64,000 nt of DNA from Tubiluchus corallicola (lineage: Eukaryota > Animalia > Priapulida), in the NCBI GenBank assembly GCA_030141605.1, contig JAQGDQ010000035.1, positions 248,001-312,000 of the forward strand, written 5' to 3'. The position numbers and the translations under genes are program-made. The notes beneath the pieces were generated by a model. The model saw nothing but the letters and a program-made list of their open reading frames with translations. It was not told where the DNA came from and did not search any database. Positions 25,655 to 43,730 of this stretch are shown here, one piece after another (positions within the stretch are counted from its first letter, which is position 1; each line of letters starts with the position of its first letter).

Positions 25655-28600
25655 AGAAATTATTAAAAAACATATTCAAGATTAAGGTAATTATTGTACA
25701 CATTGCACGATATAAAATTCATGAAATTAAAAAGTTTTAAACACATCTCGTCTTGATACAATTTTATGCAAAATACAATATACCATCTTAATCTATCCTA
25801 TATGTATATATGCGTGTTTATATAATCATACAACTTGTTTGCCATTGCAGTTTGCAATATAACAAAAAGTTGCCACGTAAATAGAGAATAACCAGAAATA
25901 AATAAATAAACAAGAAAAATACAACTGCTTGAAGCAGTTATGTGAAGGGAATTTCTTAAATATCTTAATATCACGGCTGCTACTACTGCCATCAGAACCA
26001 TCAAAGCCACTATCGCATGTTGTTATTGTTTCTTAAATATACGTCTTCTAATAACACATAATAATCTTAAAATTGTTGAGGGCAATCAAAATAGCCTAGA
26101 ATAAGCTTTTCTGGTGATCACTTTCCATGGTGAAGACAATACAAAATTAATGTGTCAGCCACACATTAATTATAATTAATCGTATTAGACTCGCATAAAA
26201 ATCTAGTGGTATGTGTGTAATGATTAATATTATTATTATAAATATTTTTATGACTTACCATTACTTTTTTATAATTACTATTATCAGTATATAATATTGT
26301 TGCTGTTGTTGTTGGTGGTTGTGGTTGTGTTGCTGTTCAAGCAACTAGGTGTTTTAAAAAGATGTCTCTGAGTAAAAAACATAAGTTATAATTTCAAGAA
26401 AAGTACCTAATGCAATAACAGGAGATTAAACTGCTACCGCTCACCGGCAGCTCACATGAGATTGTGTACAATGCAAACATTGTAAACTAAAGCTGGCAGG
26501 ATATTTGAAAACAGAGATCAATAAAACAGAGCTGCTATACTCAACCCAGTCACAACTTTAACACGTATTATTTAACTTACTGCAGAAGAACTGTCTTTCT
26601 AAATGTTAAGGGCATTGTAGGTGCATTGAAAATGAATGGTAACCACTGTTACATCAGTCTAGTCACCACTGCTACTTCAACATGTTAACCACTATTGACT
26701 ATTACATCACTGTTGTTACCACTGTTTCTTCAGTATGGAAACCATTATTGCTTCACTGCTGTTACCACTATTATTACTCATACTTCATTGTATTTACCTC
26801 TATAACTTCAGTATGATTACCACTATTACTTCAGTATGGTAACCACTATTACGTCAGTATTGTTACTACTATTGTGTTAGTACTGTGACTGCTATTACTT
26901 CAGTACGGTCCCACTGCTGCTTCAGTAGTATTACCACTACCCAGTACTGTTACCATTGTTATATCAGTACAGTTACCACTGTTACTTCAGTATGGTAACC
27001 ACTATTACTTCAGTAGTGTTATGACTTGTACTTCAGTGTTACTACTCTTATTTCAGTACATTTACCACTGTTACTTCAGCATGATTACTGCTATTACTTC
27101 AGTATGATTACCACTATTACTTCATTATGGTTACCACTATTACTTCAGTATGGTAACCACTATTATGTTAGTATTGTTACCACTATTGTGTTAGTACTGT
27201 GACTGCTATTACTTCAGTACGGTCCCACTGTTGCTTCAGTAGTATTACCACTACCCAGTACTGTTACTATTGTTATATAAGTACAGTTACCACTGTTATT
27301 TCAGTATGGTAACCACTATTACTTCAGTAGTGTTATGACTTGTACTTCAGTGTTACTACTCTTATTTCAGTACATTTACCACTGTTACTTCAGCATGATT
27401 ACTGCTATTACTTCAGTATGATTACCACTATTACTTCATTATGGTTACCACTATTACTTCAGTATGGTAACCACTATTATGTCAGTATTGTTACCACTAT
27501 TGTGTTAGTACTGTGACTGCTATTACTTCAGTACGGTCCCACTGTTGCTTCAGTAGTATTACCACTACCCAGTACTGTTACTATTGTTATATAAGTACAG
27601 TTACCATTGTTATTTCAGTATGGTAACCACTATTACTTCAGCAGTGTTATGACTTGTACTTCAGTGTTACTACTCTTACTTTAATACTGTTACCACTATT
27701 ATTTAAGTAGTGTTACCGCTCTTACTTCAGTACATTTACCACTGTTATTTTAGCATGATTACTGCTATTACTTCAGTATGGTTACCACTGTTACTTCACT
27801 ATGGTTACCACTATTACTTCAGTGTGGTTATCACTATTACTTCAGTGCAGTTATCACTATTGCTTCAGTGTGGTTACCACTATTACTTCAGCGAGGCTAT
27901 CACTATTACCTCACTATGGCTGCCACTCTTATTTCAGTCACGATTACCACTGTGTGTGACAGCATACAAGTAACTCATGTTATTTATTTGCCCCTTTTCG
28001 ATCTTTTAATGCATACACATTTATGCCTAATAACTAGACAAGAGTATAAACATGCTGGGTTTAAAACACTGGGGTGACACAGTACATATCAACACAGCTG
28101 TAGTGTTAATAATGTAAATGAGTGGACATGGTTTGGTTTAGAATAGAGTTGACAATAGCTATCAAATATTAGCAAACTAGGACAGATTCTTCAGCGTTTT
28201 TCCAACCCGGTCCAGAAATTAAACAAAATGAAGAAAACACCCAAGTTACCTGGATTTGAACAGTTAAAACTATACAAAATGTAAAGTAAGCTGTTACATT
28301 AGCCAGTCAGCTGTGCTGGATTGCAAAGAGAACGCACATGTAATCTGAGTCTCTCTATTATTGTGCAGTTAATGGCAGAATCATTATTTGCTGGCAGTTT
28401 CAATAAGAACAGCATGAACAATATTAATAGCTACAATTAATGTAGTTAGCTACCAACATGCTGTACCTGTATTGTTTTCATATCTCCATCAAGGAAGGTT
28501 TGCAAGGGAGCCAAAAGTGCAGCATTTGATTTACGAATGTATTCTATTTCTTCACGTCCAATCTTTACTTCTGTTTGGCCACATTTTACCAAGGCACTGC

Positions 28601-31600
28601 CTGTAAAAAGTTACTTATTAGAACTCTTCTTCACCAAATATGAATATCCTCAAATATACAGTAAGAGTGAGTCAGTTGAGCCACCCATAGGTAGAGAACA
28701 TATCAGTGATACTAACTATGATGATGGTTTAAACTGTCATTGGGAATTTTAAAAACGCAGCACATGACTCTGCACATTTGACTGCCACTCACTAACTATT
28801 GCTTCACAAATGAACAACAAGTCAAAACAAATAATGTGAAAAAAACTAGAGGTGCATCAAAGGCACATATTCGTCAACCGACGTGAAACTGCATTTTTTA
28901 TTCATAGGTGCTACAGAACTGAAGCTTAATCGAATGGTCGGCTGTGCTGCAAATCGGATCCCAAATAAAATATCATTTTAAACTGGAATACCGTACCAAA
29001 GCTGAACCGAATTTCTTTTACCGAAACTGCAATTCTAATTGAAAAGAATGATAGACTCTGTGACTTTTTATTGTTTTAAGTTTGTAGCGATTGGTGCACA
29101 GTGAAAAATTGCTTTGATTGTTAAATCTGCATTTGTTTAATGTTATGTGGTAAAGTACTAAGTATTTTAAAGGCAGACCAAATTCTTTCAAAAGCTGTTC
29201 AATCTATTTGGTATAATCAAAAAATAGTTATTTCAGCAAAACTGCAATAGTATAATTGTTTATTTGTTAGAATTCTGAATGATTTATTTCGTTGTTTATA
29301 AGCCAATACATCGTGTATAAACAATTACAGCACTGCTACGCTATTGGGCATTAACATGACTCACACTTTAATTGCACTCTTTGAATATATAGAGAACTTA
29401 TTATACAGAAAACAAAATGTCGGCTGCTGCGCCATGTTTGCTGTTTATTATCAGCTTTTTTCAGATAAATTTGTCTAAGCATTATAAGGAAATATTCGGT
29501 TTCTTTAATATAATTTTCACCAAATGTGACAAATGTTAAAAAGTAACTTCGGTATACCAAAGATTCACCAAACCTTTAGTAACTACAACCAAAGTTTACC
29601 AGACTGGACATTTATACCGATGTCCAGGGAAAAAATTTGGTGCATCTCTAGAAAAAAGAAGCATTTTATGAAGAAATGTAGTAAACTGTTAGGTAAACAG
29701 TTCAATTACAAATTAGAATAACTTTATGAAGTTTCCATCGATCTTAATGCACTAATTAATGATATGTGACTTATTGGGCAATACAATAATTCAGCTCTTA
29801 GGCAACTAATACTGTAGACTTCACGATGAACTTAATGATAATAAGCATCAATGAAATCATTGCAGCCATGACAAATTACTCCACAGATAATACACTATAA
29901 TCGTTTCAGTGCTCAGTAATGCATCAAATGCAGCTATACAATATTTGGTTAATGTAAATATGGAGCTATTGCTTTGCTTAGAGATTATGTATGAATCATA
30001 ATGCTGAACAGCAGCAATTATGTTGCAGATAAAAAACTATTTTTCAAAAAGAATTTGTGCAAATGAGATATGACTTAATAAGCATTAACTATAAAGATAT
30101 TAGTTAAGTCCTAATAACTGAAATAATGAAACCACTAATAGTGGATAGACTAATAACACTGACTTAGAAAACAATTAGCTTGCCTAATTTACAACTAAAG
30201 CAGTTGTAAACAATCTTGATTATCCAATATTTTAAGTCAAATTGTTTCCACTGACTTGATGCTTTTGCAACTGCTTTGTCATAACAATTTTAATATTTTA
30301 ACTTTTTGCAACAGAAATTCAAAGTTTCAAAGCAAAAAAATGTTTTATTACTTGTTATTGTTTATCTCTGTGTTTAAAAGCAGTCATGTTTTATTCGTTA
30401 TCAGTGAGTGACAAAATGTACTTAATATATGCTTACAGTGTTTCTAATTAAAAATTGCCCTTGTGCCCGACTAATAAAGTCACAACATTTCTCGTAGCAA
30501 CGACAGGTTTTCTCAACGACAACAACATGAACGATTCAACAAAGCTTTACATTTTTCAAGCTGGCAAGTTACATTTAAGCTTTGCAACGTAAAGAACTTT
30601 CATTGAAAAACATTCCATCAGTGCTATAAATTACAGTTTTCACTTATGAGTTAAAATGAGTTCAGCTTGCTTTAATACAAATTTTACTCAAAATATAAAC
30701 ATTTAAAGATGAACTGTGTTGCAAGGGAACAAAAACATTTGTAAACATTTTATTAAACAAGTATTAGGGTGGATTAGAATAGAATTACCATACATCAGCC
30801 AATAAAAAGTTCAGCTATTTAAATCATAACTTCAAATAGCAGTTGTTTTGAATTTATGGCAACAATTTTAAGCTTGCATCAAAGGACATCATTTTAGTCT
30901 TGCATCCCAAAAAGTGAAATGATATTTAAAATATTTGAATGACAACCCTTAATACCATCCTCTCAGAGCAATCAGCAACCAAACATTATCAAAAACTTTT
31001 CTTTTTTTGATTTGAAACCTGTATTCTTTTTTGAAATTTATTTTTGAATTACAACTTTGCCATAGTGAAAATAAATAGCGCTTGGTGATGGTCGTCATAG
31101 AAATATTGAAGAAAATCAATAATGTGATAATATATCTTGCAGAAAAAACTGTAAAATTACAAACTATCTATCAGTTATAAATGGAACTAAAAGATTAACA
31201 ACAAAATGCTGTCAAATCATCACATCTATCTATCTATCTTATTAATTAATTTAACAATTAAGTCACATACCGATTTTGTAATGTCTATCAATGATACCAG
31301 TCCTATTTATGATATTTTGTGCACATCTGAGTATTAAATATGTTAGCACATTTTTAGTACTCAAGTCCCACACAGTCCATTAATACAAATAACAGCTTTT
31401 TAATTTGTGACCTTTCTTCATCTTTAAACACATAAGTAAATATATATGTATATTTGGACTTCCAAAATAAAGAAATAAATCTTACCATAAGCTGTTCCGG
31501 GACCAAACTCATTTCCGGCATCTATCATATACTGTCCAAGAATTTCATGATTTGTTTGTCGCTGTCTAATTGGTTTCATGGTAGAGTCAAATTGACCCAG

Positions 31601-31787
31601 CTTGTCATTAACAAACTCCTCCAATCGGGCAGCTAAAAATCAAACACCCAACTTTTGAAACAACTCTACAAATGAGGAATAAGTGTGTCCCTATGAGCTT
31701 CTACATTTATACAATTAATTGATTTAGGAAAACAAATTAGTCAGTTGTCTCAAATTTCTTCTCTTCCAATATTCATATAATAATAAT

Positions 31788-31833
<46 letters not shown>

Positions 31834-34800
31834 GTAATAATAACAATAATTTAATATCTAATAAATAATCTAATAATCAAATAATAGCTTAATGCAGCTA
31901 CAGTGTTAAATCAATTTCGTTTTTCAAAAATAAGCCATATATGAAGCTCCCAACACTTTAGAAAATTAAAAAAAAACAGCTTTTAATATGACAAAACAAT
32001 AATTAAATTACCAATTTAAGTAGGTGACATTACAGTAATTATTAAAGCCAAAAAAAGTACTAATATATCTCTCATCCAATAATCTAAAAATTTCAGTTCT
32101 TGCATGGACTGCAGTTCCTTAAAGGCACAAGAAATTTACTTAAAATTAAAAGACCAATGGGAAATGTGACGAGTCTACAACTTTCATGAGTTGAGTGTCC
32201 AAAAGAGACTGTTCGCTTTAGCTTTAAATACCAATTGCTCTTCTGAATGTGAAAGATCCCAGTACACCCATAGAAAATGTTTGATAGCTTCAACTTTGTG
32301 ACATTTATTGCTAATTGCTGATTCTAACAGCGAGCCCTCAGCTTCTCGCTCAACAGTCCTTCCTTTCTCAACAATGAATTCGCAGAGAAAAACAGTTTAT
32401 TTGGTATTTATAGAGCAATTTTCTCAGCGTTAAATCTCTGAATGAGTGTTTGAAGGACAGCGATCTGTAAAGTGTGCACTATGTTCAATGTGGTCTATGC
32501 ATGTATAACGAAGAATAAGAATCATCTTTTAGTAACTAAGTAAATTGCAATAAGAACATTACAATGCAATGTGCTAATCTATAAAGAAAAGATTATTATG
32601 GTCATTAAAAACCTAGTAATAGAATTTTTAATGCTAACTGTTCATGATATACATGATATGAGAAAGACAATGTAACCATATGCTGCATTCATCACAAATT
32701 TTTGATTCTGATTCTTAACCTTTTAGCTACCTATCTAAGTATAGAAGCTTACCTTCATCAAAGATGCTAATAAACAGCCACTTACAATAGGAATGATTAA
32801 TTCATTATTATCATTAATTATTAGTTGAAAGTTGTGAGTATTTCAAAACCATCGTATTTTCACCACCCTACAAATATTTCTTATCAACAATAAGCTAAAA
32901 ATTTTAAACACATCTATCTCTAGGCTACTATGTCATTTTAATGGACAGTGAATTGTGCGTACGCTTGAGCAACTTCTAATAGTTTTTGTTGTCCAGAAAG
33001 GCTTTCTGGTACAAATTTTTAACTACTTAAATGGTTATAAAACAAAATAATCACATGTGGCATGAATGACAAGCAAACTGTTTTGTAAAAAAATTAGCTG
33101 CATGGTTTATCCTATGATTTGTACAAAAACACAAATGTACTTGGCACGGCAGCGTTAATTTTTGTGATATCCGACCTTGAGAACTTAATAGTGAAGCTGT
33201 ACACTATCAAATGATCTCCAGTTAGAATTAAGAGTTTAGGTGATAATTCAATAATATTTGAAGTATTACAACATTAAATTCTATTGTTAATTCACTTTCT
33301 TTGTATAATAAATGTAGTTGAATAAATGACTTTTTTCAGTGAATTAAGTTTATTTGATCAGTGACAGAGTCCATACAGATGTTCCACATGGCTCCTTTAG
33401 AAAATAATTTACCCACCTCATGTATCTGCATGTGTAAGCTTTATATGTTCTTATGAGGGGCATCAGCACATATAGTGCTAATGAACAGTTGCCATACTGC
33501 TGGGTTACAGATAAAGAAAATCACACATTTAAAGGACTTTTATTAATATCATTTTCCTATTTTGGCATTAAAATAAAACAAAAAGTTTTAAGCATAAATT
33601 AATGGCATGTTAACATTTTAGTAAAAAATACCGACTTTAATGTAATTATTCGAATAAGAGCAATTTTGGTGTTTTTATCTCTTATTTGCTCAGTGAGATC
33701 TGACACCAGATCAGAGATTTTACTTTACAGGCTCTTTCGCATGCTTGATCTATGCCACACTTTTTTCTTCAAACATCAACTAAGACTAGCTCCTAAGAGC
33801 AAGGCTAAAGCTAAGGGACATCGCGTGACATTTGACACAATTCTTTTGAAACCTTGAATCCAGTTTCAATTAATTTGGTTGTCTAAGATGCACTTAAATG
33901 CCAAATCACAACAAGTTTTTTACTCGTTTGTTGATACAAGAATATATGACATGTTATGAAATTCTAGTTGGCATGTACTAGATTTAAACCACTCCACTTA
34001 CTCACTTACCGAATGAAATATTAATTTAAAAAAAGCAAAACCATGAAAGAAAGACAAAATGCAAATGCATGCATTTAACTAAAATGTATGCCATTAGTAT
34101 TTCGATTTTTTTATGCAAAAATCCACAAATAGATTATTTTTCTCTTTAAAACTTTGTTATAACATTTACTTATGATCTGTTGAATATAGTTACTTGTCTA
34201 CACTGTAGCACCTGTGTACTGATAAGCACAGCATAACAGTGGAAAACAAAAACAGTCATTTGCGAGTTTCGTGAAAATAACTTGAATGAGAAATTTACTG
34301 TTAAGTACAGATTAGGCAGAAAAAACACTAAATGCCTTGTGTATTATTCCAGTAGAAGAAACAATATTGTCAAATTGCTGTATAAAATGTAATGTTGTAT
34401 AGGAGTCTCTGTAGCTACAGAGTGAAAAAAAATGGGGACAGGCAAGTTTTGAGGACAAGCAGATTTTTTTGCTACTTGTCCCCATTTCTGATAGAAAAAA
34501 CTGCTAATATGCATCCTGTTTTATTAATACAAACCAAATCATGACAAGAAACAAGACACAAAAGCTCATTTAAATCACCATGGTGATAACAATGTTACAA
34601 GTAGTGTCTAATGCTTTCAGAAAAGACTTACTTGGATTAGGCTGGATAACTGCTTCAGCCTGTCGGAGAATTTTTTCTGTCCATATTCTGGTTTTGTCCG
34701 CTCTAGCTGCAAGATTTTCATAATGTGCATCCAATTCTGTTTTCTCTGCACTGCCAAGTTTCTCTTCAGTATACTGAAAAAGCAAATGGGACATTATTTT

Positions 34801-36918
34801 ACTATCTATATAATTATACAGCATCAAAAACTATTGCTAAAATGGTTGTAGTTAAATCTTTGATATCAAACGAAGTCTCAGAAGCATTTTTTAAAAAGTT
34901 CGCACAAATCACCACAAAAACTTTCAATTTTCCATTAAAGTATAAGTATATATGTTATATCTGTGCCTCAAATATTCAGAGCAGATAACAACACTGGTGT
35001 ATTTTCAGTGAGCAAAAACACAATCATCAACAAAGAGTACAGTTCCTGGGCTAAACCACAACTGATAATAGTAAATTCCAGATTTGTAAACAATGGTACC
35101 CCTAAAATCATCAGTTGAACCAATTTAATTTTCAGTGGAATTCACTTAATAGTGAAACAGTTGATGCACCAAATCTGCCACAATTTCGCAAATTGTTGAG
35201 GACAGACCATCAATATACGTGTTGTGGTTAGGTCTATTAGACTTTGCAAGCAAGTGGCAAACTATTCTGTGAAACTAATCATCAGTTATATTTATTTACA
35301 TAATTGTAACAAAGTACACAGTACTGCACTTGAGAGCCTATTTTAGCTACAGTAGTCGCCGCTTAATAGACTCACTTTGCGACCGACGTGTTTTGACCTA
35401 ATTAACTGAATGAACCTATTAACCGATGGGTGTAGTATCACTGCTATAGAAGTATGAGTCATCAGCTTACTATGCACTGCAAAGGCTTTTAATCAATTTT
35501 AGAAATGAAGTAATGCCTAAATTCCTTTGTGCAGCTAAAAACTAGAAAAAATATTTTAAAATATCAATTTATATAAGTGAATTAACAATATATTAAAAAG
35601 TGTACTTTTCTCAATCACACAAGTCTGTTTATTTGCAAAATTTACAAAAATTCCTTCAAAATCGGCTGCCTCATTTTCTCGCGAAGAAGTTGGGTCACAA
35701 AGGTCTTGTAATTATAAAAACGTTGAAATCTGTTGCTGTGTGATGCATGTATTCTTATAAAACATTTAGTGCTTGGCGTGCTTGAGCATTTTCTTTGCCA
35801 AACCTTCTGCTTTCTGTCGCATTAAAGTAGCGTTCACTCGAGCACCTTTTTCTCTTGCATTTATAAACCACACTTTCAATGCTGGCTCCACTTCACAGTC
35901 TTTTCCCGTGTCGCCTCTTAGATACTAGATTCTCATTTGGCTTGCTGACTGCTCAATTTCAGATCGTTTTTTCACTATTCTGTCGAGAGTACTTTGGCAA
36001 AATGTTCAACTGCGCTGCTGCACCCCTCCCCCATCTTTGGAAGTTTATCGTCCTGCTCTAAAATTTTCAGTTTCTCCTTAACTGTTAGACCTTTATGCTT
36101 ATGTTCCATTTTTCAAACTTCTTAACTCTATGCCCTTACTTGATGTACGATGTTTACTCTTGTAAGTAACAAAGAATACCAGCTGATTATACTGTACCTG
36201 CATCTTTGACTATTAACTCATTAAGCCTGAAAGCATGATTTGTAACGAGAGCATCAAAAGGATATAAACGTCTTATTTTAAGTACGTGAAGGAAAAATAT
36301 TGAGTCAATTATGCGAAGTTATTTGAGTCAATTACCGACACTTTTTATGTATATTTGAATAGAAGCGGCCCGTTCCAGGTGTTTTTTAGTCAATTAAGCG
36401 ATCGAGTCTATTAACCGTGAATCTATTAAGTGGGGGCGACTACTGTACTTGCTATCTAGCATCTCGCAGACAAGTCGTTTATTGTGAAATACAGTCATTG
36501 CGATATCTGCTAAATTGTAGTACTACTGCTAGTACTACTACTACTATAGTATTAAATACCTAAATTTTATTTCAGAATACCAACGGTAACAACTAAAATT
36601 TCTAGAAAAAGCATACCAAAAAGTTGAAAAGTTATACAGTGGCAGCATCGCAAACAGAGATTTTAATTTTTAAATCATGCTTTCCCGTTTTAATGTGTAG
36701 TGACTGTAGGTAGCCTGCAGTACAGGCAATGCGAGATACACAAAAATTATTAATGCCATAAAAAGAATTGAAATTGCTCACTTGTTTGACAGGTTGGGAG
36801 ATGAAAATATGATTTACTACAATGCTAACGTTTATTTATTGCATAATCCTACCTGAACAGCACGACTGAATGCTGTGGCAGCTTCAGAAGTAAATTTCTT
36901 GAAGTTAAAATTATCCAT
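10758..36918 (-). CDS. SH3GLB1: Endophilin-B (N-BAR + SH3), complete; core exons 36853-36918, 34632-34773, 31486-31632, 28467-28600, 22404-22496, 15422-15511, 14349-14449, 13087-13240, 10758-10859
   Basis: Spliced protein MDNFNFKKFTSEAATAFSRAVQYTEEKLGSAEKTELDAHYENL...AGNEFGPGTAYGSALVKCG...KRLDLD...AEAELRVAQSEFDRQTEITKLLLEGISSAHANHLRCLNDYVE...RKARVLYDYDAADGKELSLLADEV...GRVPLTYIEYIN*. 1029 nt in frame. Co-orthologue of vertebrate SH3GLB1/SH3GLB2. Confidence 0.96.
11043..11179 (-). mobile_element. tRNA-derived SINE remnant with a Meta-like core
   Basis: Minus strand shows box A-like TAGTCTAGTGA, box B-like GAGTTCAATAC, then GTCATACCAAAAACTTTAAAATTGGTACCTGCTG, which resembles the MetaSINE core as I recall it (not searched). 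Confidence 0.65.
11850..12726 (+). mobile_element. pogo/Tigger-type non-autonomous element, same family as 35350-36445, opposite orientation
   Basis: Starts TA|CAGTAGGCGCC and ends GTGAGTCTATTAAGCG. Internal blocks (CTTCAC.TACTTAAAATAAGAC; GGTCAAAACAC.TCGGT..CAAAGTGAGTCTATTAAGCG) match the reverse complement of the 35350 element. Confidence 0.8.
13320..13643 (+). mobile_element. Second, left-degenerate copy of the 8213-8586 MITE
   Basis: Shared GCATAAGGTCACGTGA, GTTAACTTTTGACCTACAGCAACTGCGC and AACTGTGAAAAGGCTT. Confidence 0.85.
15665..17504 (+). mobile_element. 5'-truncated, frameshifted LINE of the CR1/L2/Crack group (RT fragment plus 3' UTR), antisense in an endophilin-B intron
   Basis: NYRPISL, QYGFRKG, IFCDLSKAFDTVDH, GVPQGSILGPLLF, FAEDT (decayed YADD box), YLNYCSIIWG, GPNVWN; tail AATAAATGACTTATGACTTACTTAC. 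Confidence 0.92.
20658..20678 (-). CDS. SH3GLB1: Probable 21-nt alternative microexon of endophilin-B (DYLTVDK)
   Basis: Minus strand reads ttcttttgctttccttcttcttgcatgcacag|GACTATCTTACCGTGGACAAG|gttagt. Strong pyrimidine tract, phase 0-0 matching the host intron, no stop codon. Confidence 0.7.
21120..21594. mobile_element. hAT MITE with an 8-bp TSD
   Basis: TIRs TAGTGATGGG / CCCATCACTA; perfect TSD GTTAATAC at 21112-21119 and 21595-21602. Confidence 0.92.
21779..22300. mobile_element. hAT (Charlie-like) MITE with an 8-bp TSD
   Basis: TIRs CAGTGGTTCCC / GGGAACCCATG; perfect TSD CTCTAGAC at 21771-21778 and 22301-22308. Confidence 0.92.
22846..23740 (+). mobile_element. Penelope-like retroelement remnant: RT fragment between inverted arms of about 295 bp
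   Basis: Arms 22846-23139 and 23446-23740 are reverse complements. The spacer encodes YEKQWL...PALFRRYTNDRF...HLYEQHVSTEFTPE, resembling the PLE RT YRRYVDD...LN.QH..I.FT.E region. Hammerhead-like core at 23662-23694. Confidence 0.72.
25089..25172. repeat. (TATG)n/(TA)n microsatellite
   Basis: Read directly. Confidence 0.97.
25173..25620 (+). mobile_element. Tigger/pogo deletion derivative inserted in a TA-rich microsatellite
   Basis: TIRs CAGTGGAACCTTGA / TCGAGGTATCACTG. From 25390 it reads MGPKKASASGSDKKKRMISMETKLEIIVQYGSGIRLS, a CENP-B/Tigger N-terminal HTH start. Confidence 0.88.
26630..27955. repeat. Minisatellite, unit about 21 bp (GTTACCACTATTACTTCAGTA[T/G]), with a 314-bp higher-order repeat
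   Basis: The marker variant CGGTCCCACTG recurs at 26906, 27220 and 27534, exactly 314 bp apart. Confidence 0.96.
28847..29650. mobile_element. hAT-like MITE
   Basis: TIRs TAGAGGTGCATCAAA / TTTGGTGCATCTCTA; A-rich imperfect TSD. Confidence 0.75.
31779..31850. repeat. (AAT)n microsatellite
   Basis: Read directly. Confidence 0.95.
35350..36445 (-). mobile_element. pogo/Tigger-type DNA transposon deletion derivative in endophilin-B intron 1
   Basis: TIRs CAGTAGTCGCC / GGCGACTACTG with TA on both sides. Minus strand 35805-35872 reads WFINAREKGARVNATLMRQKAEG, a CENP-B/Tc5 HTH remnant. Confidence 0.9.
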
Positions 36919-37196
36919 TATGTTTTCCTTTGGCCTTATCTTGTTGACAAATGACTCGTGACTGTAGCGCCGCTAAGTGGATCGTACTTTCATAAAAGAT
37001 GTATTAGTTAAAAAATGTCAAATAATTGGAAATTATTAGAATTTATTTTTTTGCTGCAAATATATATTACTATAAGAATTTAGACAAAAATGCTTTAATA
37101 TTTTATAGCAGCGGAAGTATTGTAGGAATTTTTTCAACAAAAATTAACTGTCGATGCTAATAATAGATAACAGCACAATCGCACCATTAACCAAGC
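36919..37196. promoter_or_regulatory. Putative bidirectional promoter between endophilin-B and NDUFAB1
   Basis: Divergent ATGs are separated by only 278 bp. ETS-type GCGGAAGT at 37111-37118; near-palindrome TAGCGCCGCTA at 36965-36975. Confidence 0.7.
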
Positions 37197-42241
<5,045 letters not shown>

Positions 42242-43269
42242 GGTGTGGTGAGCAATTTGATTCAATCTGACAACTAAATTGTTTCGCATTTAGGTGTATT
42301 TAAAAATACTTGTTCTACTTGCATGCCAGGGTCAATTCATAATCGTAGAGCTGATTTGTACTTTGTAATTTGAGTGAAGTTTTACAAGTGTTTATTTATC
42401 TTTGTAATTGTTTAGGTGAGCTCAATGTTTTACTGCAGGTTTAATGCAGTTTAATGAGTCATTTTTACAATATTCTACAATAGGAAAATACTGTACACAA
42501 AATAGTTTTGTTATTCACAGCCGAATTTTGCTTTAGGGCGAAACTTACGGTACTGCAATTGCACTGTTGGATTTTAGCTTCATCTATTCAAGTAAATGCC
42601 GATCTTTCTTGTGCAGTGTCTTATAACTACAACAAGCTGATAAACAGTACGTTTTCTTCGTTTTTGCTGTTTTGATTCAGTTTACGAGAAATGACTGTTA
42701 TTCAGTGTTAGGTCTTAGTAATACAGTGAACTTATAATAAAAGCTTGGTGAGTAGTCTGTAAAATCAAGTTTCATTTCATTTCAATTTATGTTTTAACAT
42801 TTCAAAAACAGTGAATATTAGCTGCTTTTTAGGTACATCTTGTCCAAGTAAGCACACTGTTTCTGCACAATCTCGTTAGAATTGTATTGTATTTAAAACT
42901 TTAGCATTATTGGAAATTTGATAGTTATTGTTTTTTAGTGCTAATCAATATATGTTAGCAAAAGGAAAAGTGCTTCAGAAGCTTATAGGCATTATGTGCA
43001 ATCAAATTTTAAGAGGGGTACTTTGTTTATTGAAAAATTTTGCAATTATTACATAGATGTAGACTTTTTCTTTTTGTCTTCTGGTTTAGTACACAAATGT
43101 AAAACACATCTTGATGTGACTGTAAGGTAGGGTTGCATTGAAATTCCGGAAAAGCCTGATTTCAGGTACCGAACCGGTACAAATTTTTGGTTTGTTTTGT
43201 TTCATTGGTAGAAATGTAATGGACACCAAAACTTCAGTTGGGTTAAAGCGCAAGAAAAGCCTCCACTTA

Positions 43270-43730
43270 CATGAAGCTTAAAAAATTGTCTTGAAATTTG
43301 ATGACACTTACCTACCGCCTATTTGCATTCAGAGCTCACTTCAGCAGTAACGCTGTATAAAACTTGTAAATTTAAACTGCCACAATGACCATTAGGCACA
43401 GCCAACTTAATGGTAGGTCGTTGGAAACAAGTTGAGATAACATTGCATAAAGGTTGAAAAATAATCAGAGCATTTGTAGCACACATGTTACTAACTAATT
43501 AAAATTTTAAATTACTGTATCTTGTTTATATAACTAAAATAAGTTTTTGGTTAGTAAGTGGTGCACTTCGGAGGTGAGCCGGCAACATTTACCGATTGGC
43601 ACGAACGTTTTAAATTATTATTTCTAGTTACATAAGTCTTTCCAGCGAGTAAGCGAAATGGTAAGTGATATAGATTTGCATGGAAAGTTTTCCGGGACTT
43701 AATTTAACACTGCCTTTTCTTCCCCTGATT
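43270..43730 (+). repeat. Dispersed repeat, copy 2, probably inside a larger non-autonomous DNA transposon
   Basis: Collinear match to 1240-1680; family not assigned. Confidence 0.75.

Noticed and set aside
26630-27955. CRISPR-like array, or coding ORFs 27710-27973 and 27778-28077
   Set aside because: Units are contiguous with no unique spacers, there are no cas genes, and it lies in a eukaryotic intron; the ORFs are translations of the repeat.
32150-32500. Possible additional gene exon
   Set aside because: Broken frames and no usable splice sites; the minus-strand RDLTLRK fragment suggests a decayed LINE ORF1, too weak to call.
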